This document shows positions 26,503 through 35,424 of a DNA stretch of 64,000 bases, piece by piece. The stretch covers positions 10,957 through 74,956 of the forward strand of contig DASQOL010000146.1 of assembly GCA_035644475.1 (NCBI GenBank), written 5' to 3'. A program made the position numbers and the translations under genes. Each line of letters begins with the position of its first letter. Within the stretch, counting starts at the first letter, position 1. Source of the DNA: Gammaproteobacteria bacterium (GTDB lineage: Bacteria > Pseudomonadota > Gammaproteobacteria > Steroidobacterales > Rariloculaceae). The notes beneath the pieces were generated by a model. It had not been told where the DNA came from, did not search any database, and worked only from the letters and a program-made list of their open reading frames with translations.

Positions 26503-26891
26503 AGGGCAACGACGGGGTCGGGTCGAAGAACCGCCTCTATCGCAACCGGCGCAAGGGATTCGTCTTCGGAGTCTGCGCGGGGATCGCCGACCACTTCGCC
26601 TTCGACGCGACCGTCGTGCGGGTGCTGACGGTGTTGTCGACGTTCGCGTTCCCGCTCGTCTGGATCGGCTACATCGTGCTCGGGTTCATCTTGCCGGTGA
26701 AGCCGTACGAGGGGCCGGAGCCCGAGCAGGTCGACCCGGTGCAGCGCCAGGTTCGAGCGGATCCGCACGACATGCTGTCGAGCGTGCGTCACCGTGCGCG
26801 TGACCTCGACGCCCGGCTGCAACGCCTGGAGAAATACGTGACGTCGAATCGCTTCAAATTGGATCAGGAGTTTCAACGCTTGCGCGACTAG
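26499..26891 (+). CDS. pspC: phage shock protein C
   Basis: LYRNRRKGFVFGVCAGIADHF is the PspC domain. ATGA overlap with the pspB stop. Confidence 0.88.
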   Translation: MKGNDGVGSKNRLYRNRRKGFVFGVCAGIADHFAFDATVVRVLTVLSTFAFPLVWIGYIVLGFILPVKPYEGPEPEQVDPVQRQVRADPHDMLSSVRHRARDLDARLQRLEKYVTSNRFKLDQEFQRLRD

Positions 26892-26937
26892 CCCAACCGC
26901 GCGCAGGTAAAAGCCGCGGTCCGGGGAGGGACCATCG

Positions 26938-27168
26938 ATGAATCCGTTTGAATTTGCTTTCGCGGTCGTGTTTCTCGTCCTGGTGTACAAGGTGATCAGC
27001 CGTGTGCTGCAGAACAAGGCGATGCGCCCCGTCGACCAGGCGCCGGAAGTGAACGCGGATCTCGCGCGCCAGATCGTCGACCTCGAGGAACGCGTGCGCG
27101 TGCTCGAGCGGATCGTCACCGACGATCGCTCCGACCTCAAGAGACAGTTCAGGGAGCTGGGCAGCTGA
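26938..27168 (+). CDS. small membrane protein, PspB-like architecture
   Basis: 76 aa. N-terminal TM FAFAVVFLVLVY followed by the helix LEERVRVLERIVTDD. This resembles PspB MQSRVNALETILDGE. It is the fourth gene of the psp operon. Confidence 0.6.
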   Translation: MNPFEFAFAVVFLVLVYKVISRVLQNKAMRPVDQAPEVNADLARQIVDLEERVRVLERIVTDDRSDLKRQFRELGS

Positions 27169-27183
27169 GCGGCCGCAGCGGAG

Positions 27184-27537
27184 CTACCTGGCCGTCGGCG
27201 GCGGGTTCGCGCCTTTGAAGGCCCTGACCTGTTCGTTGAATGCCGCGGCGACCGAGTCCATCTCCGTGATCGCAGTGTCGTGGCGCTTGTCCATCAACAC
27301 CTTGTACTCCGCGGGCGCGTCACCGCCCTTCGCGGTGGCTTCTTCGTCGACGCACGCGAGGTAGTCGTTCATGGCGGCGATATAGGCCTTCACCTCGCCC
27401 TGCGCGCCGACCATCTGATCGTTCGTCGAAGTCTTGCCGTCGGGAATCGTGGGTATCTTCGGGGTTTCGCAGGCGGTGGCAGCGAAACTCAAGCAACTCG
27501 CAATCCCCACCACCACGCAAGACGTCCACGTTCTCAT
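27184..27537 (-). CDS. hypothetical secreted/lipoprotein
   Basis: 117 aa with a signal peptide. Cys at ATAC. Confidence 0.6.
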   Translation of the reverse strand: MRTWTSCVVVGIASCLSFAATACETPKIPTIPDGKTSTNDQMVGAQGEVKAYIAAMNDYLACVDEEATAKGGDAPAEYKVLMDKRHDTAITEMDSVAAAFNEQVRAFKGANPPPTAR

Positions 27538-27639
27538 CTCTTCACCCCGTTATAGTCGAAGGTTTGGCGCGCCGCGCAATATAACCCAGCGCCCGCGCGG
27601 CCGTCACCGGGGAGCGGTGATGCACGATTCGCCCGCTCC

Positions 27640-29721
27640 TCATGCAAACAACGCACGGTACTTACCGCTGCCCTCGTTCTCTGCGATCAACAGAGCGCAG
27701 AACTCGTCGGCTGTGACCGGATCGCCGAACAGGTGCCCCTGCGCATAGTCGCATTCGTGCTTGCGCAGGAACTCGAGCTGCTGCTCGTTTTCGACGCCCT
27801 CCGCCACGACGTCGAGCTGCAGGCTGTGCGCCATCTGGATGATCGCGTCCACGATCGCGGCGTCGTCGCGGTCGATCGCGACGTCGCGGACGAACGACCG
27901 GTCGATCTTGAGCGTATTGATCGGGAACTGCTGCAGCGCCGACAGGGACGAGTAGCCCGTGCCGAAGTCGTCGATGGCGAGATGCAGGCCCATGCCGTAC
28001 AGCGCGTCCAAGATCCGGATCGTCCGCTCCGGGTCCTCCATCAGCGTGGTCTCCGTGATCTCGAGCTCCAACGAGGTCGGCGACACGCCGTGCGAGCGGA
28101 AGGTCTCGCGCACCTGATCGAGGAAGCGCCGCTGCCGGAGCTGCCGTAACGACAGGTTCAGAGAGACGCGGCATGGCGACGGCACCGATCTCTGCCAGAT
28201 GCGATAGTCGGCGCAGACGCGGTTCATGACCCAGTCGCCGAGCTGGAGTATCAGGTTGGTCTCCTCGGCGAGCGGCACGAAGTCGGACGGCAGCACGATG
28301 CCGCGCTCGGGGAGGTCCCAACGCAACAGCGCTTCGGCCCCTTCGAGTCGCCCCGTGCTCAGCCGGTACTTGGGCTGATAGTGCAGCCTCAGCTCGTCGC
28401 GCTCGAGCGCGCGGCGCAGCTTGCTCTTCAACATCAGCCGCTCGACCGCGGCCGTGTTCATGTCGGTGGAGTAGAACTCGGCGCAATTGCCCCCGGCCTT
28501 CTTCGCCTGATACAGCGCCGCGTCCGCGTTGCGGATCAGGTCGATGACGTTGTCGCCGTCCCGCGGGTATACGGCGATGCCCATGCTGGTCGTGAGAAAG
28601 ATCTCCTCCCCGTGCACCTGAAACGGCTTGCCGGTGGCCTGCAGCAGGCGCGGCGCGATCTCGGCTAGGCTCTGGAGCATCGTTTCCACGCGGTCGAAGC
28701 CCGCGAGCAGCACCGCGAACTCGTCGCCTGCGAGCCGCCCGGCGTGCGCGGTGTCCGGGAGCTCCGCGAGCACGCGGCGTGCGAAGATCTCGAGGCTCGT
28801 GTCACCCGCCGCGTGGCCGAACGTATCGTTGATGTCCTTGAAGCGGTCGACGTCGAGATAAACGATCGCGAGATATTGCTGCGTGCGGCGCGCCCGCGCG
28901 ATGCCCTGCTGGAGCAGATGTTGAAACTGCATGCGGTTCGCGATCTTCGTGAGCGGGTCGGTCCGCGCGAGATAGCGGATCCGTTGCTCGACGCGTTTGC
29001 GCTCGTCGATGTTGTGGGCCGCGTAGACCCGGCCTTCCACGTCGTTGCCCCGTCCCAGGATGTGCGAGACCGTATACGAGATGCTCGAGGTCGAGCCGTC
29101 CTGCCGGAGTACGGTTCCTTCGCGCGGTCGCGCGGTGCCGCCGACCGCCTGCCGCCGGTCGTTCGAGACGATGAGATCGTCGGCGCGCCGGCCGACGAGC
29201 TCCGCTTCGGCAATGCCGTACAGCTCGCTCGCGGCCGCGTTGGCGCGCTCGATCTTGCCTTCGGGGTCGGTGATCAGCAGCGCTTCGCCCATTCCCGCGA
29301 GGAGCCGGTCGAGATAGTCGCGCGAGATCGTGCTCGAGCGCAGGCTGGTGCGCATGGACTCGACCGCCGTGCCGAGCTCGTGCAGCTCGCTTGCGTCGCC
29401 GAGATCGAGAGTCGTCGCAAAGTTGCCCCGAGCGGCGCCCGTGAGCGCCGCGGCCACCGAGCGCAGCGGCTTCGCGAAGCTGTCGACGAGCATCGCGATA
29501 AGCCCGAGCGCGGCGCCCGCGGCCACCGCAAGGTCGGCGAGGAGCAACCACCCGAGCCCGCGATTGCCCACGGCGCCCGACGAGTGCAGGTAGAGCAGGA
29601 GGCCGGCCACCGCGAGCGCCGCGACGGCGACGGCCGCCATCGCCGCGAGATAGCGGCGCTTCAGCCCGGAGATCGCGGATGACTTGATGATTGAAAGAGG
29701 GAACATCGGCAGAGAGACCAA
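27640..29721 (-). CDS. membrane HAMP-PAS-GGDEF-EAL signalling protein
   Basis: 693 aa with TM segments. The GGDEF domain carries AGDEF (RLAGDEFAVLL). The EAL domain is intact (GAEALLRW, DDFGTGYSSL, EGVE). Confidence 0.9.
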   Translation of the reverse strand: MVSLPMFPLSIIKSSAISGLKRRYLAAMAAVAVAALAVAGLLLYLHSSGAVGNRGLGWLLLADLAVAAGAALGLIAMLVDSFAKPLRSVAAALTGAARGNFATTLDLGDASELHELGTAVESMRTSLRSSTISRDYLDRLLAGMGEALLITDPEGKIERANAAASELYGIAEAELVGRRADDLIVSNDRRQAVGGTARPREGTVLRQDGSTSSISYTVSHILGRGNDVEGRVYAAHNIDERKRVEQRIRYLARTDPLTKIANRMQFQHLLQQGIARARRTQQYLAIVYLDVDRFKDINDTFGHAAGDTSLEIFARRVLAELPDTAHAGRLAGDEFAVLLAGFDRVETMLQSLAEIAPRLLQATGKPFQVHGEEIFLTTSMGIAVYPRDGDNVIDLIRNADAALYQAKKAGGNCAEFYSTDMNTAAVERLMLKSKLRRALERDELRLHYQPKYRLSTGRLEGAEALLRWDLPERGIVLPSDFVPLAEETNLILQLGDWVMNRVCADYRIWQRSVPSPCRVSLNLSLRQLRQRRFLDQVRETFRSHGVSPTSLELEITETTLMEDPERTIRILDALYGMGLHLAIDDFGTGYSSLSALQQFPINTLKIDRSFVRDVAIDRDDAAIVDAIIQMAHSLQLDVVAEGVENEQQLEFLRKHECDYAQGHLFGDPVTADEFCALLIAENEGSGKYRALFA

Positions 29722-29872
29722 GTCCGTTTGCTATATTTGTTGTTGTTACGGCGGCTCAAGGATCGGGTCGAGCAGAGCACATTCCGGCCGCCTTGCCCAG
29801 TCGGATGCAACAGAATTCGGCAAGCTCGTACCGAGCGCGACCCTCGGTTGTCCGACGACACAGTCTATTACG

Positions 29873-30865
29873 ATGCATCATACCCCGCACCCCGTCGGGG
29901 GGTTTCGCGCCCCTCTCGGCTTGCGCCACAGGCACGTTCAGTCACTCCTTGCGGGGGGGCCGTTTCGCGGCCGCGCGTTGCGGCGCCTGGCCGCCGGCCT
30001 GCTCGGCGCTGCGCGCCGCGAGATCGTCGACTGCGGCGACGGGGTGCGGCTGCTCGGGTTCAGCAGTACCCGGTCGAGCCCGAGCCGCGGGCTCGCCATT
30101 CTGCTGCACGGTTGGGAGGGCAGCGCCGACGCGAGCTATGTCCTGTCGGTGGGAGGCCGGCTGTTCGACGCGGGCTTCGAGGTATTCAGGCTCAACCTTC
30201 GCGATCATGGCGAGAGCTATGACCTGAACCGCGAGCTGTTCCACTCGTGCCGGATCGACGAGGTCGTGGCCGCGACGCGGCGCATCCTGGCCCTCCACCC
30301 GGCGGACCGCACGTTCCTCATCGGCCACTCGCTCGGCGGCAACTTCGCGCTGCGAGTCGCGGCGCGCGCGCCCGCGGCGGGCTTCCAGCTCACGAAGGCC
30401 GTGGCGATCTGCCCGGTGTTGCGGCCGCATAGCACGATGCGCGCGCTCGAGGAGGGGCTGTGGATCTATCGCGACTACTTTCTGCGCCGCTGGCGCCGCT
30501 CTCTGCTCGCGAAAGCCGCGTGTTTCCCCGACCTCTACGATTTCGGCGACCTGCGGCGCTTCCCCACGCTGACCGCGACCACCGACTTTTTCGTGAAGCA
30601 CTACACCGGCTTCGCCGATCTCGACGCGTACCTGTCCGGTTACGCGATCACGGGCGCCGCGCTGGGGGGTCTCACCGTCCCGGCGCGGCTGATCGCGTCC
30701 TCCGACGATCCCGTGATTCCGATTGCCGATCTCCGCGACGTGGCGACGAGCGCCGCGCTGCGGATCAGCGTCTTCCCCCACGGCGGACACTGCGCGTTTC
30801 TCGAGGACTATCGTTTGCGCAGCTGGACCGATCGGGCCGTGCTAGCCGAGCTCGAAGAGGCTTGA
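29873..30865 (+). CDS. YheT-family alpha/beta hydrolase
   Basis: Internal ATG of the track ORF (MHHTPHP). Motifs LLHGWEGS, GHSLGGN and SSDDPVIP. Confidence 0.8.
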   Translation: MHHTPHPVGGFRAPLGLRHRHVQSLLAGGPFRGRALRRLAAGLLGAARREIVDCGDGVRLLGFSSTRSSPSRGLAILLHGWEGSADASYVLSVGGRLFDAGFEVFRLNLRDHGESYDLNRELFHSCRIDEVVAATRRILALHPADRTFLIGHSLGGNFALRVAARAPAAGFQLTKAVAICPVLRPHSTMRALEEGLWIYRDYFLRRWRRSLLAKAACFPDLYDFGDLRRFPTLTATTDFFVKHYTGFADLDAYLSGYAITGAALGGLTVPARLIASSDDPVIPIADLRDVATSAALRISVFPHGGHCAFLEDYRLRSWTDRAVLAELEEA

Positions 30866-30904
30866 GCGCGGATTCGACGACTGCGGTGCGCCGAGCTCCG
30901 CGCT

Positions 30905-30946
30905 CGAACCCGTGATCGAACCCGTGATCGACCCCGTGATCGACCG
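30905..30946. repeat. 12-bp tandem repeat, about 3.4 copies, intergenic
   Basis: CGAACCCGTGAT, CGAACCCGTGAT, CGACCCCGTGAT, CGACCG. It lies between the convergent hydrolase and bactofilin genes. Confidence 0.9.
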
Positions 30947-30971
30947 ATAGCGGCGCTCCCACCTCGCGCGG

Positions 30972-31373
30972 CTAGGCCGGGCTCGCGTCGGGGTTGCGCT
31001 TCTCCTGGAACTTGGTCGGCACGGTGCCGCTCGTGACCTTGATCTCGCCTTCGATGACCGCGCCTTCGGCAACCGCAATCGAGTTGCCGGACAGGCTGCC
31101 CGCCACGCGCGCCGTGCCCGTGATCTCGACGCGCTGCCGCGCCATCACGTCGCCTTCGACGACGCCCGCGACGACGATGTCCGTGGCCTTGATCGTGCCC
31201 TTCCAACGGCCGCCGTCGGCGAGCGTCACTGGGCCGTCGATATCGCAGTCGCCCTCGACCGTTCCACAGAACACGTAGGCCCCTTGTCCGCTGATCGAGC
31301 CGACGATCTTCGTCGAAGGTGCGATGTAGGTCGTGGGGCCCGAGGTCGAGTCTTGAATGCGCCGTTTGAACAT
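30972..31373 (-). CDS. bactofilin (polymer-forming cytoskeletal protein)
   Basis: It starts MFKRR. Beta-helix repeats with G-x-V/I-x-G periodicity (IVGSISGQGAYVFCGTVEGD...). 133 aa. Confidence 0.85.
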   Translation of the reverse strand: MFKRRIQDSTSGPTTYIAPSTKIVGSISGQGAYVFCGTVEGDCDIDGPVTLADGGRWKGTIKATDIVVAGVVEGDVMARQRVEITGTARVAGSLSGNSIAVAEGAVIEGEIKVTSGTVPTKFQEKRNPDASPA

Positions 31374-31595
31374 GAAGGTCTCCGCAAGGATGGCCAAAGG
31401 TAGCCGAGCCGGTGCCGCCGCGCGAGAACGAGCTTCACGCGGCGGCCAATCGCCGTGCCGCGGCAACTATTGACCGCTTATGTCAGGGCGACGCGGTTCA
31501 CGGTCGGCCCGCCGGGGCCCACCGCGCCTCGGGCGGCCTGCCTTGGCACGCTCGTTGCTTGAGTGCGCGCAGGCTTGGAAGGCAGGAACGGTCCC

Positions 31596-31892
31596 ATGGA
31601 CGGCAACGTCGAGATCATTGCGCTCGTGCTCGGGGAACCGAACGAGCGTTGGCACGCCAACCAGCTCGGCGAGGGCGCGCAGCGCCTGGTCCGCCGTTCC
31701 GACGGCCGCGTGATGCTCGAACCCGTGGAGTCGCTCGAGGAGTTCGAGCGCACGGTCCGCACGACGGGCTGCTGCCGGCGCGGCAAGGCGATTCGCGACC
31801 CCGACACCCAGGAAATCATCGGCTACGAGATGGAGCAGGTGCCGATGCTGCGCGCGGCGGCAGAGCCCGATCGGCCGCGGCGGCGTCAGTAG
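31596..31892 (+). CDS. hypothetical protein
   Basis: About 98 aa from MDGNVEII. Codon third positions are strongly G/C, unlike the other frames. No motif recognised. Confidence 0.55.
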   Translation: MDGNVEIIALVLGEPNERWHANQLGEGAQRLVRRSDGRVMLEPVESLEEFERTVRTTGCCRRGKAIRDPDTQEIIGYEMEQVPMLRAAAEPDRPRRRQ

Positions 31893-32230
31893 CCGTAGCC
31901 CAAGTTCTTCACGTCGACGACGAAGCCGTTCTCGAGCCGCACCTGCCGCATCAGCTGGTATGGACCGAAGTTGTAGGTCCAGTCCTCGACCACGATCTCC
32001 TCGACGAATCCCCGGGACGCGTAGATTCGGCCGCCGTCCGTGGTGAACGCCCGCTGCGCGAGCCGCGACTGCACGGTGACGGGGTCTCCGCAGAACTGCA
32101 AAAGCTTCGATACGTGATCGCCGCGGGAGACGATCCGGTTGCCGCAACGGAACGCATGCGCGGGCGCGGCCGCCAACAGCAGTGCGGCCAGTGCGATTGC
32201 GCCGATCTTGCGGCGGTCGAGGGTCCTCAT
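31886..32230 (-). CDS. DUF2845 domain periplasmic protein
   Basis: Signal peptide MRTLDRRKIGAIALAALLLAAAPAHA, then FRCGNRIVSRGD..LLQFCGDP. Confidence 0.75.
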   Translation of the reverse strand: MRTLDRRKIGAIALAALLLAAAPAHAFRCGNRIVSRGDHVSKLLQFCGDPVTVQSRLAQRAFTTDGGRIYASRGFVEEIVVEDWTYNFGPYQLMRQVRLENGFVVDVKNLGYGY

Positions 32231-32370
32231 GATCGCGACGCCTTGTTTTGTTTCCCCAGTCGGTAGGCCTTTGGGACGACGGTAGCGCGCGCCCATGAAC
32301 GTACGCTGAATCGCTGCCGGCGGCAATCGCCGGCCTATAATGCGAGTCCTTTCGCCGGACGCACGCAAGC

Positions 32371-33963
32371 TTGGCCACCAACGAAAAGACGACCGGAGCC
32401 GACGACGGAGCGTTCGCGGCGCGCCTCCACTGGCTCGAGGCGCCGGGTAATTCGCGGTTGCTGCGCGGCGGGTTACGCGGCGTGGAGAAGGAGAGCCTGC
32501 GCGTCGGGGCGGACGGCATGCTGTCGCATCGGCCGCATCCGCGAGCTTGGGGCGCCGCGCTCACCCATCCCTACCTGACTACCGACTACTCGGAGTCGCT
32601 GCCCGAGTTCGTTACGCCCCCCCAGGGCAGCAACTGGGAGACGCTGCAGTTCCTCTGCGACCTGCATGTCTTCGCTCACCGGCACCTCGACAGCGAGCTG
32701 CTGTGGCCGGCGAGCATGCCGTGCGTGCTGAACGGCAACGACGAGATTCCGATCGCCGACTACGGGACGTCGAACCCCGGCCTCATCAAGACCGTGTATC
32801 GGCGCGGGCTCGGTTTCCGCTACGGGCGGTCGATGCAGGCCATCGCCGGCGTGCACTTCAACTACTCGTTGCCGGGCGACTTCTGGCCGGCGTACCGCGA
32901 CCGCGAGCGCTCGCTCGAGCCCGCGCAGGACTTTCGCTCCGAGCGCTTCCTCGGCCTCGTGCGCAACTATCGGCGCTGCGCGTGGCTCGTCACGTACCTC
33001 TTCGGCGCGTCGCCGGCACTCGGCAAGTCGTTCCGGCCTGAAGGTCACGAGCTTTTGACCGAGCTCGACGCCGCGACGTGGTACTCGCCGTTCGCGACGT
33101 CGTTGCGGATGAGCGACTTGGGTTACCGCAACCAGACCCAGGGCCGGCTCGCGATCTCCGCCAACTCTCTCGCGGAGTATGTGGGCGGCCTCACCGCCGC
33201 GATGACCACCGTCGAGCCGCGCTACGCGGCGATCGGCGTCGTGGTGGACGGTGAGTACCGCCAGCTCAACGCGAATTTGTTGCAGATCGAGAACGAGTAT
33301 TACAGCTCGATCCGCCCGAAGCCGAGCAAGGCGAGCTCGAGCCGCCCCGCGGCCGCGCTGCGCACCCACGGCATCGAGTACGTCGAGGTGCGGACCCTCG
33401 ACCTGAGCCCCCGCGACCCCGTGGGCATCAACCAGAACCAGCTGCGGTTCATCGAGACGCTCCTGCTCTTCTGTCTGCTGGCCGACAGCCCCCCGATCGA
33501 CCCCGCGGAGCAGGCGGAAATCGATTCGCGCGACTTGACCGTCGCTCGCGACGGCCGCCGGCCGAGCCGCACGATCGTGCTCGGCGGAAAGGAGCGCCCG
33601 CTCGCGGACGCCGGCCTCGCGATCGTGGCGCGTCTCGACCGCATTGCCGCGTTGCTCGACACTGACCGCGAAGGCTACGTCGCGGCGCTGGAGCTCGCGC
33701 GCGAGGCGCTGCGCGAGCCCGAGCGCACGCCCGCTGCCGGCCTGCTGCGGGACTTGACGGCGGAACGCGCCACGTTCTTCGAGTACGGACTGGCGCTCGC
33801 CCGTGATCACGCCGAGTACTTCGCCAAGCTCCCCCTGGCGCCCGCTCGCGAGCGTGCTCTAAACGAGACCGCGGCCCGGTCGCTGGCCGAGGCCGCGGCC
33901 ATGGAACGCTCGCAGACGCCGCCGTTCGAGGAGTACCTCCGCGACTATTTGGCGGCCATATGA
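32371..33963 (+). CDS. gshA: glutamate-cysteine ligase
   Basis: 530 aa with a TTG start. Motifs RGLRGVEKESLRV, TTDYSESLPEFVTPP and HFNYSLP are typical of proteobacterial GshA. Confidence 0.93.
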   Translation: MATNEKTTGADDGAFAARLHWLEAPGNSRLLRGGLRGVEKESLRVGADGMLSHRPHPRAWGAALTHPYLTTDYSESLPEFVTPPQGSNWETLQFLCDLHVFAHRHLDSELLWPASMPCVLNGNDEIPIADYGTSNPGLIKTVYRRGLGFRYGRSMQAIAGVHFNYSLPGDFWPAYRDRERSLEPAQDFRSERFLGLVRNYRRCAWLVTYLFGASPALGKSFRPEGHELLTELDAATWYSPFATSLRMSDLGYRNQTQGRLAISANSLAEYVGGLTAAMTTVEPRYAAIGVVVDGEYRQLNANLLQIENEYYSSIRPKPSKASSSRPAAALRTHGIEYVEVRTLDLSPRDPVGINQNQLRFIETLLLFCLLADSPPIDPAEQAEIDSRDLTVARDGRRPSRTIVLGGKERPLADAGLAIVARLDRIAALLDTDREGYVAALELAREALREPERTPAAGLLRDLTAERATFFEYGLALARDHAEYFAKLPLAPARERALNETAARSLAEAAAMERSQTPPFEEYLRDYLAAI

Positions 33964-34069
33964 CTCTCCATCCCAACGGGGGAGCTTGAGGTCGGCATTC
34001 TGTGAATCGGTTAACCGCGCGGCGAGCGGCTGGCCTCGATACTCCCGGCTTCGCGCATAGGGCACGATC

Positions 34070-34732
34070 ATGAGAACAGCCTTCTTCATCGCGGTCTTGC
34101 TCGGGTTCAGCGGCGTGCTTGCGGCCGCCCACTTCGTGCCGTGGATGGGGCATACGCGCTTGCCGTCGCAGACCGAGGTCATCGCGAGCGGCGGCCGCGC
34201 CGAGCAATTCCTCATCAGGCTGCCCGTCGACCGGATCGCCGCTACCGGCGCGGGGGCGAGCCCGCTGCGAGCGACGCCGGCGGCCGCGGGCATCGCGCTG
34301 CCCTCCGAGCTCACCGCTCAGCCGCTGCTCGTCGAGCACTTCAAGGTTCGCGATTCGGCCGGCAACGTGATCGGCCTCGCGGCGCGGCATTGGAGCTCGG
34401 ATGCCCACGGTGTCGGCACGGCCTGGTCGGTTCTGATCCCGAGCCGCGGCGCGCTGCTGCTCACGGCGCCCGGTGAGGCGAAGGCCGCGCTCGACGGTGC
34501 GCTGCAAAAGGCCGGCTACCGTCCGGGCAGCGCATGGAGCGGTACGTCGGCCGCGCCGGCCGTGGCCGTGGAGCTCACGCCGCGCGACGGTGGCGAAGTC
34601 GCCGCCGGCAGCGACGAGTTCGAAAAGCTCGACGGCAACTACAAGGAAGTCTGGAAGGTCACGGGCGTGAGCGAAACCGGTGAGTTGCGCGGCACGATCG
34701 AGCTCAACACGGTTACGCGGCGCGGCTCATGA
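34070..34732 (+). CDS. hypothetical exported protein
   Basis: 220 aa with signal peptide MRTAFFIAVLLGFSGVLAAA. High GC3. Confidence 0.65.
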   Translation: MRTAFFIAVLLGFSGVLAAAHFVPWMGHTRLPSQTEVIASGGRAEQFLIRLPVDRIAATGAGASPLRATPAAAGIALPSELTAQPLLVEHFKVRDSAGNVIGLAARHWSSDAHGVGTAWSVLIPSRGALLLTAPGEAKAALDGALQKAGYRPGSAWSGTSAAPAVAVELTPRDGGEVAAGSDEFEKLDGNYKEVWKVTGVSETGELRGTIELNTVTRRGS

Positions 34733-35424
34733 AATACCTCTTCGCTATGATCGTCGGACTGCTGCTCGGCGCCGCCGCGGCCGGTGGCGTGCTCTACTAC
34801 AACCCGCTCACGGAGTCGTCCGGGCCCGAGCCGGCGGCCGCCGACCGCGCGCTGCACTACGACCTTCCCGCGCAGGTGCTCGGCGTCTCGCTCGGCGAGC
34901 GCGCGTTGTTGCCTACGCTCGGGTCGCGCGACACCGCGCTCTGGGAAGACACGATCGACCGAACGGCGCTTCTGGGGCTCGTCTTGCAGGACGATGCGAA
35001 CCGGCCGGCCGCGGTCGCGAGCCGCTTGCTCGCCGGCTCGGCCCGCACGGACCTGTTGCTGCGTGGCGTGGTGTTGAGCGACTACTGGCTGCTCACCATT
35101 CCCGACGAGGGCACGCTGTTCGTGCGCGTCGACACCAACGTCTGGCCGTTCCTCAAGCAGACGCTGCTGCCGGTCTGGTTCTTCGACCGGCCATGGCAGG
35201 GCCCGGTCGAGTATCGGCCGACCGCCGGCCCGGGCGCGCAGAACACGGCGATCGTGATCGGCGCCACCGGCCGGTTCAGTGGCGTCGAGGGCAGCGCGGT
35301 GGAGCGCTACCGCGTGACCACTCTCAACCGTGCGGCCAACAAGGCCGAGGGAGTGGGCGAGCTGCACCTGCACTTCTTCGAGCCGCAAGTCACCGCGGAG
35401 CAGCCGACGCCGGGCGACGGTTAG
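34729..35424 (+). CDS. hypothetical membrane-anchored/exported protein
   Basis: 231 aa with N-terminal MKYLFAMIVGLLLGAAAAGG. ATGA overlap with the upstream gene. Confidence 0.65.
   Translation: MKYLFAMIVGLLLGAAAAGGVLYYNPLTESSGPEPAAADRALHYDLPAQVLGVSLGERALLPTLGSRDTALWEDTIDRTALLGLVLQDDANRPAAVASRLLAGSARTDLLLRGVVLSDYWLLTIPDEGTLFVRVDTNVWPFLKQTLLPVWFFDRPWQGPVEYRPTAGPGAQNTAIVIGATGRFSGVEGSAVERYRVTTLNRAANKAEGVGELHLHFFEPQVTAEQPTPGDG

Noticed and set aside
30905-30946. Tandem repeats checked as a possible CRISPR array.
   Set aside because: The units are 12 bp and directly abutting with no spacers. No cas genes occur in the window.
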